DNA from: an uncultured Chloroflexia bacterium
Lineage (GTDB): Bacteria; Chloroflexota; Limnocylindria; Limnocylindrales; CSP1-4
Assembly: GCA_963720755.1 (NCBI GenBank)
Contig: CAVRGP010000006.1
Coordinates: 160,001 to 224,000, forward strand
DNA: 64,000 bases
Direction of reading: 5' to 3'
Under the pieces are notes generated by a model. The model had not been told where the DNA came from. It did not search any database and saw nothing but the letters and a program-made list of their open reading frames with translations. Made by a program: the position numbers and the translations under genes. Shown here piece by piece: positions 18,535 to 28,579 of this stretch; position 1 is the stretch's first letter; every line of letters starts with the position of its first letter.

Positions 18535-19509
18535 CTATCGGGCGGCGCGAACCTCCGCGATGACTGCCGGCAGGACGGCGTGCAGGTCGCCGATGACCGC
18601 GTAGGTCGCTCGCGTGACCATCGGCGCGTCACGGTCCGTGTTGATGGCGAGGATCGCCTTGGCGGAGCGACAGCCGACGATGTGCTGGATGGCCCCACTG
18701 ATCCCGCAGGCGATGTACAGGTCGGGGGCGATCCGGGTCCCGGTCTGCCCGACCTGCTGGGCGTGGGGTCGCCAGCCGGCGGATGTGACCACCCGTGAGA
18801 CCCCCACCGTGCCACCGAGGAGCGCCGCCAGCTCGTCGAGCTGGGCGAACCCCTCCGCGCTGCCGACGCCGCGCCCACCCCCGACGACGACACGGGCATC
18901 GGCGAGCGAGATCTTGCCGGGCTCGGGCGGAACGTGCGACGACACCCGAACCCGGAAATCGCGATCGGTCAGTTCCGGAACGAACGGGGTGACTGTGGCG
19001 TTCGCCGCACCGGCATCGGCCGACGACGGCTCCACCGCGTGCGGTGCGACCGTGAGCAGGCGGACCGGGCCGTCAAGCCGCGCCTCCTCGAGCAGGCTGC
19101 CGGCCCATCGTTGCCGGGTGACGAGCCATGGATCTCCGGGCCGGATATCGGTGCAACCGACCGCGAGGGACCGTCCGGTTCGCGCGGCGGCGTGGGCCAT
19201 GATCTCGGCCGACCGATCGCTCCCGGTCCCGATCACCGCGGCCGGACGGTCACGCTCGATGAGCTGGGCGATGGCCTTGCCGGTCGCCTCGGGAGCGTGG
19301 TCGGACAGGCGCGGATCATCGATGGTGTGCAGGACGGCGACGCCGTGTTCGCCGAGGGTCTTGGCCTCGACGCCCGCGGCGTCGGGGCCCCAGATGACGG
19401 CGTGAAGCGGTTCGCCGGTCTCCCCGGCCAGCGAGCGGCCGAGGGCGAGGGCCTCGGCTGAGAGCCGGTCCGGGACGGCGGCATCGAATTCGACGAGAAC
19501 GAGGATCAT
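18535..19509 (-). CDS. etfA: Electron transfer flavoprotein alpha subunit
   Basis: VVGGGRGVG, QVGQTG..IAPDLYIACGISGAIQHIVG. Confidence 0.96.
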   Translation of the reverse strand: MILVLVEFDAAVPDRLSAEALALGRSLAGETGEPLHAVIWGPDAAGVEAKTLGEHGVAVLHTIDDPRLSDHAPEATGKAIAQLIERDRPAAVIGTGSDRSAEIMAHAAARTGRSLAVGCTDIRPGDPWLVTRQRWAGSLLEEARLDGPVRLLTVAPHAVEPSSADAGAANATVTPFVPELTDRDFRVRVSSHVPPEPGKISLADARVVVGGGRGVGSAEGFAQLDELAALLGGTVGVSRVVTSAGWRPHAQQVGQTGTRIAPDLYIACGISGAIQHIVGCRSAKAILAINTDRDAPMVTRATYAVIGDLHAVLPAVIAEVRAAR

Positions 19510-20276
19510 GCGATCAGCCCCAGGCGCCGGAGCACCTCGACCACGCGAGGCGCCGCCTCAGGGCCTTCGCCCAGGATCTCGACGGCGCTCTCCTGCTCGA
19601 CCGGGACGCGCAGGCGGATCATCACCGGGGTGGTGGCCTCGCGGACCGGTTCGATCCGCTCGATCTCCTTCTTGCGAGCCCGCAGCCGGCCCGGGACAGA
19701 TGGATAGCGGGGCAGGTTGATCCCTTCGCGCACGCTCACGATCGTCGGCCGGGGCACGTCGTAGACCTCCCAGCCACCGGCGGCCGCCTCGCGACGAGCG
19801 ACGATGGCATCGGGCCGGATCTCCAGGCTCTTCGCCCCGGTGACGATCGGCCGGTCGAGCGCGACTGCGACCCGAACGCCGACCTGGTAGTCGCCGGTAT
19901 CGGCCGCCTCGTTGCCGAACAGGATCAGGTCGAACGGCCCATCGACCGCTTCGCGTGCCCGGATCGCATCGACGATCGCTGCGGCGGTATCGCTCGGCGA
20001 CCACTCGGAGCCGTCGGTCACGAGGTGGATCGCCCGCTCGATCCCGACCGCCATCGCCTCGCGCAGCTGGTCGGCCAATTCCTCCGGCCCGAGGGTCAGG
20101 ACCGTGCTCGACGCACCATCCGCCTCGACGATCCTGACCGCTTCCTCGACCGCGCACTCTTCGTGTGGACTCACGGTGAAGCCGAGGAACCGCGTATCGA
20201 TCGCCTGGTCGTCGGCGGTGAGGGTGATCCGGCCGGCCGTCGCCGGGACGCGCTTGATGCAGACGAGGATATTCAC
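19506..20276 (-). CDS. etfB: Electron transfer flavoprotein beta subunit
   Basis: ILVCIKRVP, AVEEAVR, GNEAADTG, INLPRYPS. Confidence 0.95.
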   Translation of the reverse strand: MNILVCIKRVPATAGRITLTADDQAIDTRFLGFTVSPHEECAVEEAVRIVEADGASSTVLTLGPEELADQLREAMAVGIERAIHLVTDGSEWSPSDTAAAIVDAIRAREAVDGPFDLILFGNEAADTGDYQVGVRVAVALDRPIVTGAKSLEIRPDAIVARREAAAGGWEVYDVPRPTIVSVREGINLPRYPSVPGRLRARKKEIERIEPVREATTPVMIRLRVPVEQESAVEILGEGPEAAPRVVEVLRRLGLIA

Positions 20277-20277
20277 G

Positions 20278-22794
20278 TCAGGCCCGGATCCTGGCGTTCT
20301 CCGGGTCGAACAGCGGCGTCGACCCGACCACAGCCACCGTCACCGGATAGCGCTCCCCGAAGTACTCGACGAGGAGCTTGGTGCCGACGACCGCGTACTC
20401 CGGCGGCAGGTATGACAGGAGGAGGTGCTTCCCGACCGACGGCCCCGATCCGGCGCTGGTCACGAACGACCGGCGCCCCTTCGCGTCGGTGATCGGACCG
20501 CCGTCCGGGGTGAGGATCGGTTCACGCCCGAGCATGTACCGCTTGACCCCACTGGACGAGGTGTTGTCGTCGACGGTCAGGGTGCACAGCGTCGCCACCG
20601 GCGGGCGCGAGCGCTGCTCGAGATACGCGTCGCGCCCGATGAAGTCGGCCTCCTTGACCTTGGGCCGGAGCATATCCGCCTCGACCAGGTCGAAGCCGAG
20701 TTCGAGCTCCGCGCCGTGGGCGCGATAGCCCTTCTCGAGCCGGCCGGTCGTGCCGTAGACGCCGATCCCGAAGGGCACGATGCCGTGGGCCTGGCCGGCC
20801 TCCCAGAGCGTGTCCCACAGCCGGGCACCCTGCTCCATCGGTGCGTACAGCTCCCAGCCGAGCTCTCCGACGTACGAGATCCGTGACGCCAGGACGCGGA
20901 TCCCGCCGAGCTCGATCGTCCGGCAGGTGCCGAACGGGAAGCCCGCGTTCGAGACGTCGGCCGAGGTGACCGAAGCGACCACATCGCGGGCTCGCGGGCC
21001 CCAGATCCCGGCCGTACACCAGGTCGACGTCGCATCGTAGAGCTGGGCCGAGCCGTCCGCCGGCAGGTGGTCGCGGAACCATTTGCGGTCGCCCATCCCG
21101 TGCGCGCCGCCGGTCACGACCCGGAAGTGGTCGCGGCCGAGTCGCATGATCGTCAGGTCCGACTTGATCCCGCCTGCCTCGTTGAGGAGAGGCGTGTACA
21201 CGACCCGGCCCACCGCGACGTCCATCTGGGCGACCGCCATGCTCTGCACGTGGGCGAGCGCTCCCGGCCCGGTGATGTCGAAGATCGTGAACGCGGTCAG
21301 GTCGACCATCCCGACCCGGTCTCGCATCGCGAGGTGCTCGGCGTTGATGATCGGCGACCACCAGCGCGATTCCCATTCCGCCGTGCGGGGCATGACCCGG
21401 TCGCCGTACTCGGCCAGCAGCGGCTCATTGGACGCGTACCACATCGGCCGCTCCCAGCCGGCCGTCTCGAAGAAGACCGCATCGAGTTCCCGTTCCCGGG
21501 CGTTGAACGGGCTCAGCCGGACGTCCCGGTTGCTGGCCCACTGCTCGGACGGATGGACGATCCCATAGGTCTTGTTGAACCCCTCGGCGGAGCGCGCCCG
21601 AACGTGAGCACGGGCCGTCTGGTGTTCGTGGAACCGGGCGATGTCGGAGCCATGGGGATCGATCTCGGGCTTCCCGTGGGTCATCCACTCGGCGACCATC
21701 CGGGCGATCCCGGGGGCCTCCTTGATCCACACCGCGGCTGCCGTCCAGAGGCCCTTGACCTCAGGCGTCTCGCCGAGGATCGGCATCCCGTCCGGGGTCA
21801 ACGACAGCAGCCCGTTGATCGAGTAGCGGATCCCGACCCGCTCGTCGCCAAGGACATCGGGGACCAGCTCAAGGGCCTGCTCCATCTGGAGCTCGAAGTC
21901 CTCCTGGGTGAACGGCAATTCGGTCGGAGACAGCTTCGACTCGGCGATCGACGGGATGTCGTCCGGGTCCATCAGGATCGCCCGGTGGGCATACGAGCCG
22001 ACCTCGAGGTCGCCGCCATGCTGGCGTTCGTACATGTTCGTGTCCATGTCGCGAACGATCGGGTACTCGATCTCGCCGACCGTGGTGTCGAACAGGGGCA
22101 CGGGCCCGACGCTGATCATCTGGTGGACCGCGGGTGTCAGCGGGATCGCCGCACCGGCCATCGCCGCGATGCGAGGGCTCCAGATGCCGGCCGCGATGAC
22201 GACGATGTCCGCCTCGAAGTCACCGCGATCGGTGCGCACCCGCGTGACCCGGCCGTCCTCGACATCGATCCCGACGACCTCGGTCACCGGCGAGAGGGTC
22301 AGAGCACCGAGCGCCTGGGCCCGCTCCCGCATGATCGTCCCGGCACGAAGCGAATCCACGACGCCGATGCTGGGCGTCGAGAACCCGCCGAGGATGATCG
22401 ACTCGTCGATATACGGGACCATCGACTTGACCTGGGCCGGGGTGACGAGCTCGGAATCGATCCCCCACGACCGCGACGAGGCCATCCGGCGCTTGAGCTC
22501 TTCCATCCGTTCCGGCGTCCGGGCGACCTCGATGCCGCCACTCTCCGTGAAGACACCCATCTCCTTGTACTGTTCGACGCTGTCCAGGGTGAGCTCGGTC
22601 ATCTCACGCGAATGGTCCGTCGGGAAGATGAAGTTGGAGGCATGGCCGGTCGAGCCACCCGGGTTCGGGAGTGGCCCCTTTTCGATCTGGGTGATGTGCT
22701 TCCAACCGAGCCTGGCAAGGTGGTAGACGAGACTGTTACCGACGATCCCGGCGCCGATCACGACGACCCGCGCGGCTCCTGGTTGGACACTCAA
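20278..22794 (-). CDS. GcvT-family FAD-dependent dimethylglycine/sarcosine dehydrogenase-like enzyme
   Basis: VIGAGIVG, GSTGHA, TPDGMPILG, GWERP, ISYVGELGWE, RLEKGY; TTG start after GAGGAGG. Confidence 0.9.
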   Translation of the reverse strand: MSVQPGAARVVVIGAGIVGNSLVYHLARLGWKHITQIEKGPLPNPGGSTGHASNFIFPTDHSREMTELTLDSVEQYKEMGVFTESGGIEVARTPERMEELKRRMASSRSWGIDSELVTPAQVKSMVPYIDESIILGGFSTPSIGVVDSLRAGTIMRERAQALGALTLSPVTEVVGIDVEDGRVTRVRTDRGDFEADIVVIAAGIWSPRIAAMAGAAIPLTPAVHQMISVGPVPLFDTTVGEIEYPIVRDMDTNMYERQHGGDLEVGSYAHRAILMDPDDIPSIAESKLSPTELPFTQEDFELQMEQALELVPDVLGDERVGIRYSINGLLSLTPDGMPILGETPEVKGLWTAAAVWIKEAPGIARMVAEWMTHGKPEIDPHGSDIARFHEHQTARAHVRARSAEGFNKTYGIVHPSEQWASNRDVRLSPFNARERELDAVFFETAGWERPMWYASNEPLLAEYGDRVMPRTAEWESRWWSPIINAEHLAMRDRVGMVDLTAFTIFDITGPGALAHVQSMAVAQMDVAVGRVVYTPLLNEAGGIKSDLTIMRLGRDHFRVVTGGAHGMGDRKWFRDHLPADGSAQLYDATSTWCTAGIWGPRARDVVASVTSADVSNAGFPFGTCRTIELGGIRVLASRISYVGELGWELYAPMEQGARLWDTLWEAGQAHGIVPFGIGVYGTTGRLEKGYRAHGAELELGFDLVEADMLRPKVKEADFIGRDAYLEQRSRPPVATLCTLTVDDNTSSSGVKRYMLGREPILTPDGGPITDAKGRRSFVTSAGSGPSVGKHLLLSYLPPEYAVVGTKLLVEYFGERYPVTVAVVGSTPLFDPENARIRA

Positions 22795-22915
22795 GGTGGA
22801 CCTCCTCGGACCATGCCACGCTCGAGCGGACCCGCTCGCTGGTGGCGACGACATTGGGTCGCCATTCTACGGCGGAGGCAGACGCCGGATGCGAGCGTTC
22901 CGGCGTCGGGCGGCG

Positions 22916-24442
22916 TCAGTAGCGCTGGCGGAAGGTCACCGGCTCGGCCCGCCAGGTGGTGGTGGTCCCGACGAAACGGACCTGGAGCGTGTACTTGCCG
23001 GCGGGGAGGCTCGCGGCGTACCCGAGCCGGACGACCACGTGGTGCCCGGCCACGACGGCTGGGTAGAGGATCTCGTCCGGCCAGCGACCGCGCCGGACGA
23101 GCCGGCCCTTGGCGTCCCGGATCGCCCAGCGGAACGAGCCGCGTTCCGGCACCGTCCCGGTGACCTTCGCACCGACGTGGACCTTCGCATAGACCGAACC
23201 GGAAACCTTGTGGACGTAGACGATGTTGCCGTGGAGCCCGAGGGCATGGACCGGCGCGTAGAACTTCTGGCGGAGGACGTCATACAGCTGGCCGTAGCCG
23301 CGGTCATTCTCGATCGTCCACACACCGACTCCGGCCAGACCGGTCGCGATCGCGTAGTCGTACTTGGCGGAGAGGCTTCGCTCCTCCTCGAAGTAGACCT
23401 GCCGGTAGGTCGAGTGGGTCTTGTCCCAGTAGGTGTAGAAGCCGCTGCCTTCGAGGGCGTCGTACTGGCGGACGACCTTGGGATGGGTGGCCAGGAAGTC
23501 GCGTGCGCTGGCGTACGTGACCGACCGGACCGGGCCGTATTTCGTGTTGTTGGTCCGGACCTCGGCGTTGGGCGCCGTGCTCTTGACCGGCCAGTCGTAG
23601 CCGTAATACGGGACGCCCAACAGGAGCGACGATGCGGGCGCCCACTGCAGGGCTCGAGCGACGTGGATCTTGACGTTCCGCTCGGCGTGATCGAGCGGTG
23701 CGATCGCCCCGGTGACCGTCGAGCCGCTCCAGCGGTAGTTGTAGGTCATCAGCACCTGGTGGTCCACGTACGGGACGAGGCCGCCGATGATCTTCTTGTT
23801 CGCCCCGGCGGAGGTCGCGTTCGTCAGCGTCGAGTCCGGGAAGCGGGCGAGCATGGCGGCCCGGAACCGGGCGACGAAGGCGACGTACGCGGCAGCCCGG
23901 TCGTTGACGGCCTTGTTCGGTTCGAAGTCCAGCCCGGCACCGTCGGCCTGGCGGCTGGCCATGAGGTCCAGCGCTTCGGTGATGAACCGATCCTGGGCCG
24001 CCGTACTGCCGAGGAACGTCGTCATCTTCGGCGCACCATCCTTGGTGTCGAACAGCTGGAACGTCGCGACCGCGCGCACGCCGTGGGCGTGGGCCGCATC
24101 GGTGACCGCCGCGGCATCGTCGCTGACGTAGTCCTTGTAGCCGATCCAGTCGGTATCGATCGCGCCCGACTTCTTGATGCCGAGACCGAAGAACGCGATC
24201 GTCGAGACGAGGTCGTACTGGATGCTGGCCGCCGTGTCGGCATCCAGCCGCCAGTAGGGCAGATAGGCGAAGACCTCGTGGGTGAGCGGCTGGATGCCGG
24301 TGATCCGAGGCTGGATCGCGGTCGCCGCCGAAACCACGGGGACCGTCCCGACCTGGCCGCCGGCCGGCAGGACGGCCACGGTGAGGAGCAGGGCGACGAC
24401 GACGGTGATGGGTCCACGGGGGCGGCGCATGGGGATGTGCAC
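22916..24442 (-). CDS. Secreted GH18-family glycoside hydrolase
   Basis: Signal peptide, YLPYW, DGAGLDFE, LMTYNY, LGVPYYGYDW, GLAGVGVW, C-terminal beta domain. Confidence 0.82.
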   Translation of the reverse strand: MHIPMRRPRGPITVVVALLLTVAVLPAGGQVGTVPVVSAATAIQPRITGIQPLTHEVFAYLPYWRLDADTAASIQYDLVSTIAFFGLGIKKSGAIDTDWIGYKDYVSDDAAAVTDAAHAHGVRAVATFQLFDTKDGAPKMTTFLGSTAAQDRFITEALDLMASRQADGAGLDFEPNKAVNDRAAAYVAFVARFRAAMLARFPDSTLTNATSAGANKKIIGGLVPYVDHQVLMTYNYRWSGSTVTGAIAPLDHAERNVKIHVARALQWAPASSLLLGVPYYGYDWPVKSTAPNAEVRTNNTKYGPVRSVTYASARDFLATHPKVVRQYDALEGSGFYTYWDKTHSTYRQVYFEEERSLSAKYDYAIATGLAGVGVWTIENDRGYGQLYDVLRQKFYAPVHALGLHGNIVYVHKVSGSVYAKVHVGAKVTGTVPERGSFRWAIRDAKGRLVRRGRWPDEILYPAVVAGHHVVVRLGYAASLPAGKYTLQVRFVGTTTTWRAEPVTFRQRY

Positions 24443-24529
24443 CGCCTCATTGAACCGCGTCGGACCCGGTCGCGTCGAGCGTACGTTGGTCCCCGGACCG
24501 GGTCGGACCCTTGGCCAGGCGCCGGGAGA

Positions 24530-25417
24530 CTATCCGCCGGTCGGGGTTTCTCCCTCGTTCGCCGCAGCCAGGTACCCACGGAACGAGTCGGCCAGCTGGG
24601 TCATCTCGAGCGGGATGATGTACTTGGTCGACGGACTCGCCCCCAGCGCCTTGAACGTTTCCAGGTATTGGAGGGCCATCGTCTTCTGGTCGACCTGTGA
24701 GGCGGCTGTATAGATCCGCTCGAGTGCGAGCGAGAAGCCCTCAGCCCGCAGGATCGCCGCCTGGCGATCGCCCTCGGCCCGGAGGATCTCGGCCTGCTTG
24801 GTGCCCTCCGCGACGTTGATCGCGGACTGGCGGGCGCCCTCGGATTCGGTGATGACGGCGCGTCGCGTCCGTTCCGCGGACAGCTGCCGGTTCATCGCGT
24901 CCTGGACCGCTGCCGGCGGGGTGATCTCGCGGATCTCGACGGTCGTGACCTTGCCACCCCAGCGCGCGGTCACCTCGTCCATCTTGACTCGGAGGACCTC
25001 GTTGATCTGCTCCCGCTTGGAGAGCACGTCGTCGAGGAGGATGTCGCCGATCACCGCTCGGAGCGTCGTGGTCGCGATGTTCTGGAGCGCACCGTTGAAG
25101 TCCTGGACCTCGACGACGCTTCGGTACGGATCGGCGATCCGCCAGTAGATCAGGAAGTCGATGCTGATCGGGGCGTTGTCCTTGGTGATGTTCGTCTGGC
25201 TCGGCACCTCGATGAACTGCTCGCGAAGGTCCACCCGGATGCCGCGCTGGACGACCGGCACCACGAACACCCAGCCCGGACCTTTCACCTCGTTCGGACT
25301 CGTCCGCCCGAGCGTGAAGATGAGCAACCGCTCGTACTGGTTGACGATCTTGATGGCCGCCAGGAAGAGGACGACACCGACGACGACGAGGAACAGGACC
25401 GCGACAAGGATCTGCAT
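24530..25417 (-). CDS. SPFH/band-7 (stomatin-like) protein
   Basis: N-terminal TM, VDLRE, ITKDN, TTLRAVIG, AERTRRA..AEG repeats. Confidence 0.93.
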   Translation of the reverse strand: MQILVAVLFLVVVGVVLFLAAIKIVNQYERLLIFTLGRTSPNEVKGPGWVFVVPVVQRGIRVDLREQFIEVPSQTNITKDNAPISIDFLIYWRIADPYRSVVEVQDFNGALQNIATTTLRAVIGDILLDDVLSKREQINEVLRVKMDEVTARWGGKVTTVEIREITPPAAVQDAMNRQLSAERTRRAVITESEGARQSAINVAEGTKQAEILRAEGDRQAAILRAEGFSLALERIYTAASQVDQKTMALQYLETFKALGASPSTKYIIPLEMTQLADSFRGYLAAANEGETPTGG

Positions 25418-25426
25418 GGCTCGATG

Positions 25427-25759
25427 CTACTCCTGCTTGGGGTGCGTTCCGGGCTCGACATCGACCCTGAGTGTCAGTCCTTCCTGGCCCACGACGCGGA
25501 CAGTGGTCCCGGGTTCGATCCGCCCTCCCCCACGGGACGTGGCCGTCCACTGCTCACCGACGACGAGCACGACGCCCGAGGGGTCGAGGGCGGTCTTGGC
25601 GACCCCGGTCGCCCCGATCGGCACGGAACTCGTGCCTCCGGCTCCGAACGCGTCCTCGTTCGCACCACGCCGGCGCATCAACGCGCGGACGACCCCGATG
25701 ACGACGAGGATGACCACGACGGCCACGATCGCGGTGGGGAAGATCTGATCAGTGGTCAC
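25427..25759 (-). CDS. Short NfeD-family protein (TM plus OB fold)
   Basis: GTG start VTTDQ, TM, GEQWTA..VRVVGQEGLTL. Confidence 0.8.
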   Translation of the reverse strand: MTTDQIFPTAIVAVVVILVVIGVVRALMRRRGANEDAFGAGGTSSVPIGATGVAKTALDPSGVVLVVGEQWTATSRGGGRIEPGTTVRVVGQEGLTLRVDVEPGTHPKQE

Positions 25760-27200
25760 GCTGCGGAACCTCCTCCGGTGAACCGGCGGCAGGACCCGGT
25801 TCGACGATGACGGTGAGCCCTTCCTGGGCGACGACGCGAACATGCTCGCCCATCGCGATCGATGCGCCGTCCCTGGTCTGAGCCGTCCACTCCTCACCGG
25901 CAGCATAGATGACCCCGACCGGTGTCAGGGCCGTCCTGACGAGCGCGTCGCTGCCGACCGGCACGGTCGGATCGCCCCCCGCGCCATAGGCGCCGGCGAA
26001 CGCTCGACTCCGTCGTCGCGAGGCGACCACCGTTCCGAGCAGGAGGGCCATGAACCCGGCGACCATGGCCGTCATCAGCACGATCAGTGGCGTCGCCACG
26101 GCGACGTCCGGGGCGGTCGGGTTGCCAGGTGCCGTGTACAACGCGGACGCCCCGAGCGCGAAGCAGATGAGGCCGCCGATGGCGAGCAACCCATGGCTGG
26201 TCACGCTCGCCTCGAGAACGAAGAGCACGATCGCGAGCCCGATCAGCAGCACCCCCGCGACGTTGAGCGGGAGGCTGCCGAACCCGATGAAGGCGAGGAT
26301 CAGCGCGAGCGTGCCGATGATCCCGGTGACGAGGTTCGGGCTCACCAGCTCGAAGACGAGACCGAAAAAGCCGATCGTCAGCAGGATGAACGCGATATTC
26401 GGGTCGGACAACAGGTGGAGGAACGACTGGAACGGGTTCATCGGCAGGTCCACGAACGGCGCGACCGCGATGTCGACCACGACCGGCTGTCCGCCGACGG
26501 TGACGGTCTGGCCGTGCGCCTGTGTTCGCACCGAATCGAGCGTTGGCGCGATCCCGTCGACGGCCCCGACCGCGACCGCTTCCGAGGCGGGCGACGAGAC
26601 CGCATCCGCCACCGTCGACACAGCCCAGTCGACGTCGCGGCCGCGGACCTCGGCGATCGAGCGGATGTTGGCGATGGCGTCGTTCTTGATCTTCTCGCCG
26701 ATCGTCCCCTGGAGTTCGGCCCCACCCGCGCCGACCGGCGAGGCGGCCCCGATGTTCGTCCCGGGCGCCATATAGGCGAGGTTCGCCGCCAGGGTGATGA
26801 ACGTCCCGGCACTTGCCGCGCGTCCGCCACTGGGAGCGACCCAGACGATCGTCGGCAGCGGCGCCTCGAGAAGCGCGGTCACGATGCGTTGGGTGGAGTC
26901 GAGGCTGCCGCCCGGCGTATTGAGCGTGACGATGAGCGCCGGCGAGTCGTCTTCGGCGGCCCGCTTCACGGCCTCCTCGATGTACCCCGCCATCACGTTG
27001 TCGACGATGCCCGTCGCCGAAAGGACGTAGACGGGTGCGCTGGGATCGCCTGCGGGCAGGGGAGAGGGAGTCGGATCGGCGGCGCTCGACGGCCCAGGAG
27101 CCACACCGAGGATGGCGACGATCAGCCAGGCCAGGCCCATGGCGATGATGACGCGGCGGAGCCGTGTCGAAGACCTGTTCGCGCGCGTCGATGACTGCAT
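25749..27200 (-). CDS. Long NfeD membrane-bound ClpP-class serine protease
   Basis: LNTPGG, RAASAG, MAPGTNIGAASP, EKI.ND, multi-TM, C-terminal OB fold. Confidence 0.92.
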   Translation of the reverse strand: MQSSTRANRSSTRLRRVIIAMGLAWLIVAILGVAPGPSSAADPTPSPLPAGDPSAPVYVLSATGIVDNVMAGYIEEAVKRAAEDDSPALIVTLNTPGGSLDSTQRIVTALLEAPLPTIVWVAPSGGRAASAGTFITLAANLAYMAPGTNIGAASPVGAGGAELQGTIGEKIKNDAIANIRSIAEVRGRDVDWAVSTVADAVSSPASEAVAVGAVDGIAPTLDSVRTQAHGQTVTVGGQPVVVDIAVAPFVDLPMNPFQSFLHLLSDPNIAFILLTIGFFGLVFELVSPNLVTGIIGTLALILAFIGFGSLPLNVAGVLLIGLAIVLFVLEASVTSHGLLAIGGLICFALGASALYTAPGNPTAPDVAVATPLIVLMTAMVAGFMALLLGTVVASRRRSRAFAGAYGAGGDPTVPVGSDALVRTALTPVGVIYAAGEEWTAQTRDGASIAMGEHVRVVAQEGLTVIVEPGPAAGSPEEVPQRDH

Positions 27201-27253
27201 GATCGTGCCTGCCCACATCTTCGCACGGGCCGTCGCGGCCCAGTGAGTCGGTC

Positions 27254-28480
27254 TCAGGGGGCGACTGCCGGATCGGGCGGACGGTCCAGGGCCCTGGCGA
27301 CGACCCACTGGATGGTCCCGCCCTGGGCGATCAGGGTGAACACGACGATGCCGAAGGTGATGGTCTGCAATTGCGCTCGCTGCGGGAAACCCTCGGGCAG
27401 CGACAACGCCAGGGCGACCGCGACGGCTCCCCGCAGCCCGGACCAGAACAGCACGTGCAGCCAGCCCTTCCTGAGCCCGGAACGTGGTCGACGGAGCAGC
27501 CGCGATGCGCCACCGACGAGGCCGTAGGTCACGATCGCCCGGCTGGCCAGCACTGCCACGATCCCGACACCGATCGCGACCGCCGAATCGACGATGTCCC
27601 CGACCGAGATGGCCAGGCCCACCAGCAGGAAGATCAAGGCCGTCATCACGAACGCGAGGAACTCCCAGATCGTGTCGATCGCCTCCTGGGTCCGCTCGCT
27701 CATCCCGATCCGGCGGCCGTAGCTGCCGAGGGTGATCCCCGCGACCACCGTCGCGATGACGCCGGATTCATGGAGGGCGTCGGCCGCGACGTACGTCCCG
27801 TAGGCAAGGAGCACGGAAACGGTGGTCTCGATGAGATGGTCATCCACGACGGCCACGATCCGCGACGCGACGAACCCGGCCACCGCACCGATGACGATGC
27901 TGAAGGCCAGGGTCAGGACGAACGACGAGACCGCATCGGCCGCGGTGACGTCGCCGCCGACCACGCGCAGGGCGATCGCGAAGACGACGATCGCCGTGCC
28001 GTCATTGAACAGGCTCTCCCCTTCGACGAGGGTCGACAGCGTCTTCGGGGCGCCGACGCGCTTGAACGTCGCGATGACCGCGACCGGGTCCGTGGCCGCC
28101 ACCATCGCCCCGACGACGAAGGCCAGGTCGAGCGGCAGGCCGGTGGCGAGGTTGAGGGCGACCGCCACGACTGCCGCAGTGATCAGGACGCCCGGGATGG
28201 CCAGGAGGACGATCCCGCCGAAGGTCTTTCGCAGGCTGTCCACGTCGGTCTGGAACGACGCCTCGAAGACGAGGCCCGGAAGCAGGACGAGGAGGACCAG
28301 TTCCGGCGTGATGACGATCGCCGAGTCGGAGGCGAGGACGGCGACCGCAAGCCCGAACAGGACGAGCGCGACCGTGTACGGGACGCCGATCCGTCTCGAC
28401 ACCAGGGCGACCAGGACGGCCGCTCCCAGCAGGGCGGTGAACTGTTCGACGGTGGCGATCGTCGCATCGCCGCTCAGCAC
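27254..28480 (-). CDS. CPA1/NhaP-family cation:proton antiporter
   Basis: LPGLVFEA, AATDPVAV, EGESLFNDG, GLRGAV. Confidence 0.93.
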   Translation of the reverse strand: MLSGDATIATVEQFTALLGAAVLVALVSRRIGVPYTVALVLFGLAVAVLASDSAIVITPELVLLVLLPGLVFEASFQTDVDSLRKTFGGIVLLAIPGVLITAAVVAVALNLATGLPLDLAFVVGAMVAATDPVAVIATFKRVGAPKTLSTLVEGESLFNDGTAIVVFAIALRVVGGDVTAADAVSSFVLTLAFSIVIGAVAGFVASRIVAVVDDHLIETTVSVLLAYGTYVAADALHESGVIATVVAGITLGSYGRRIGMSERTQEAIDTIWEFLAFVMTALIFLLVGLAISVGDIVDSAVAIGVGIVAVLASRAIVTYGLVGGASRLLRRPRSGLRKGWLHVLFWSGLRGAVAVALALSLPEGFPQRAQLQTITFGIVVFTLIAQGGTIQWVVARALDRPPDPAVAP

Positions 28481-28579
28481 GGACCGGCGCTCGCGATCAG
28501 CCTTCGCGCACCGTGATGGATCGCGGTTCGAGCGTGGGGCACCCGGCTAGTCTACGGTGCGCGCATGTCGCCTTCGGGG

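Noticed and set aside
21067-24700. Long antisense ORFs (698 aa, 634 aa) and many similar ones across the window
   Set aside because: Shadow ORFs of high-GC coding strands; Arg/Pro-rich with no motifs, opposite well-supported genes.
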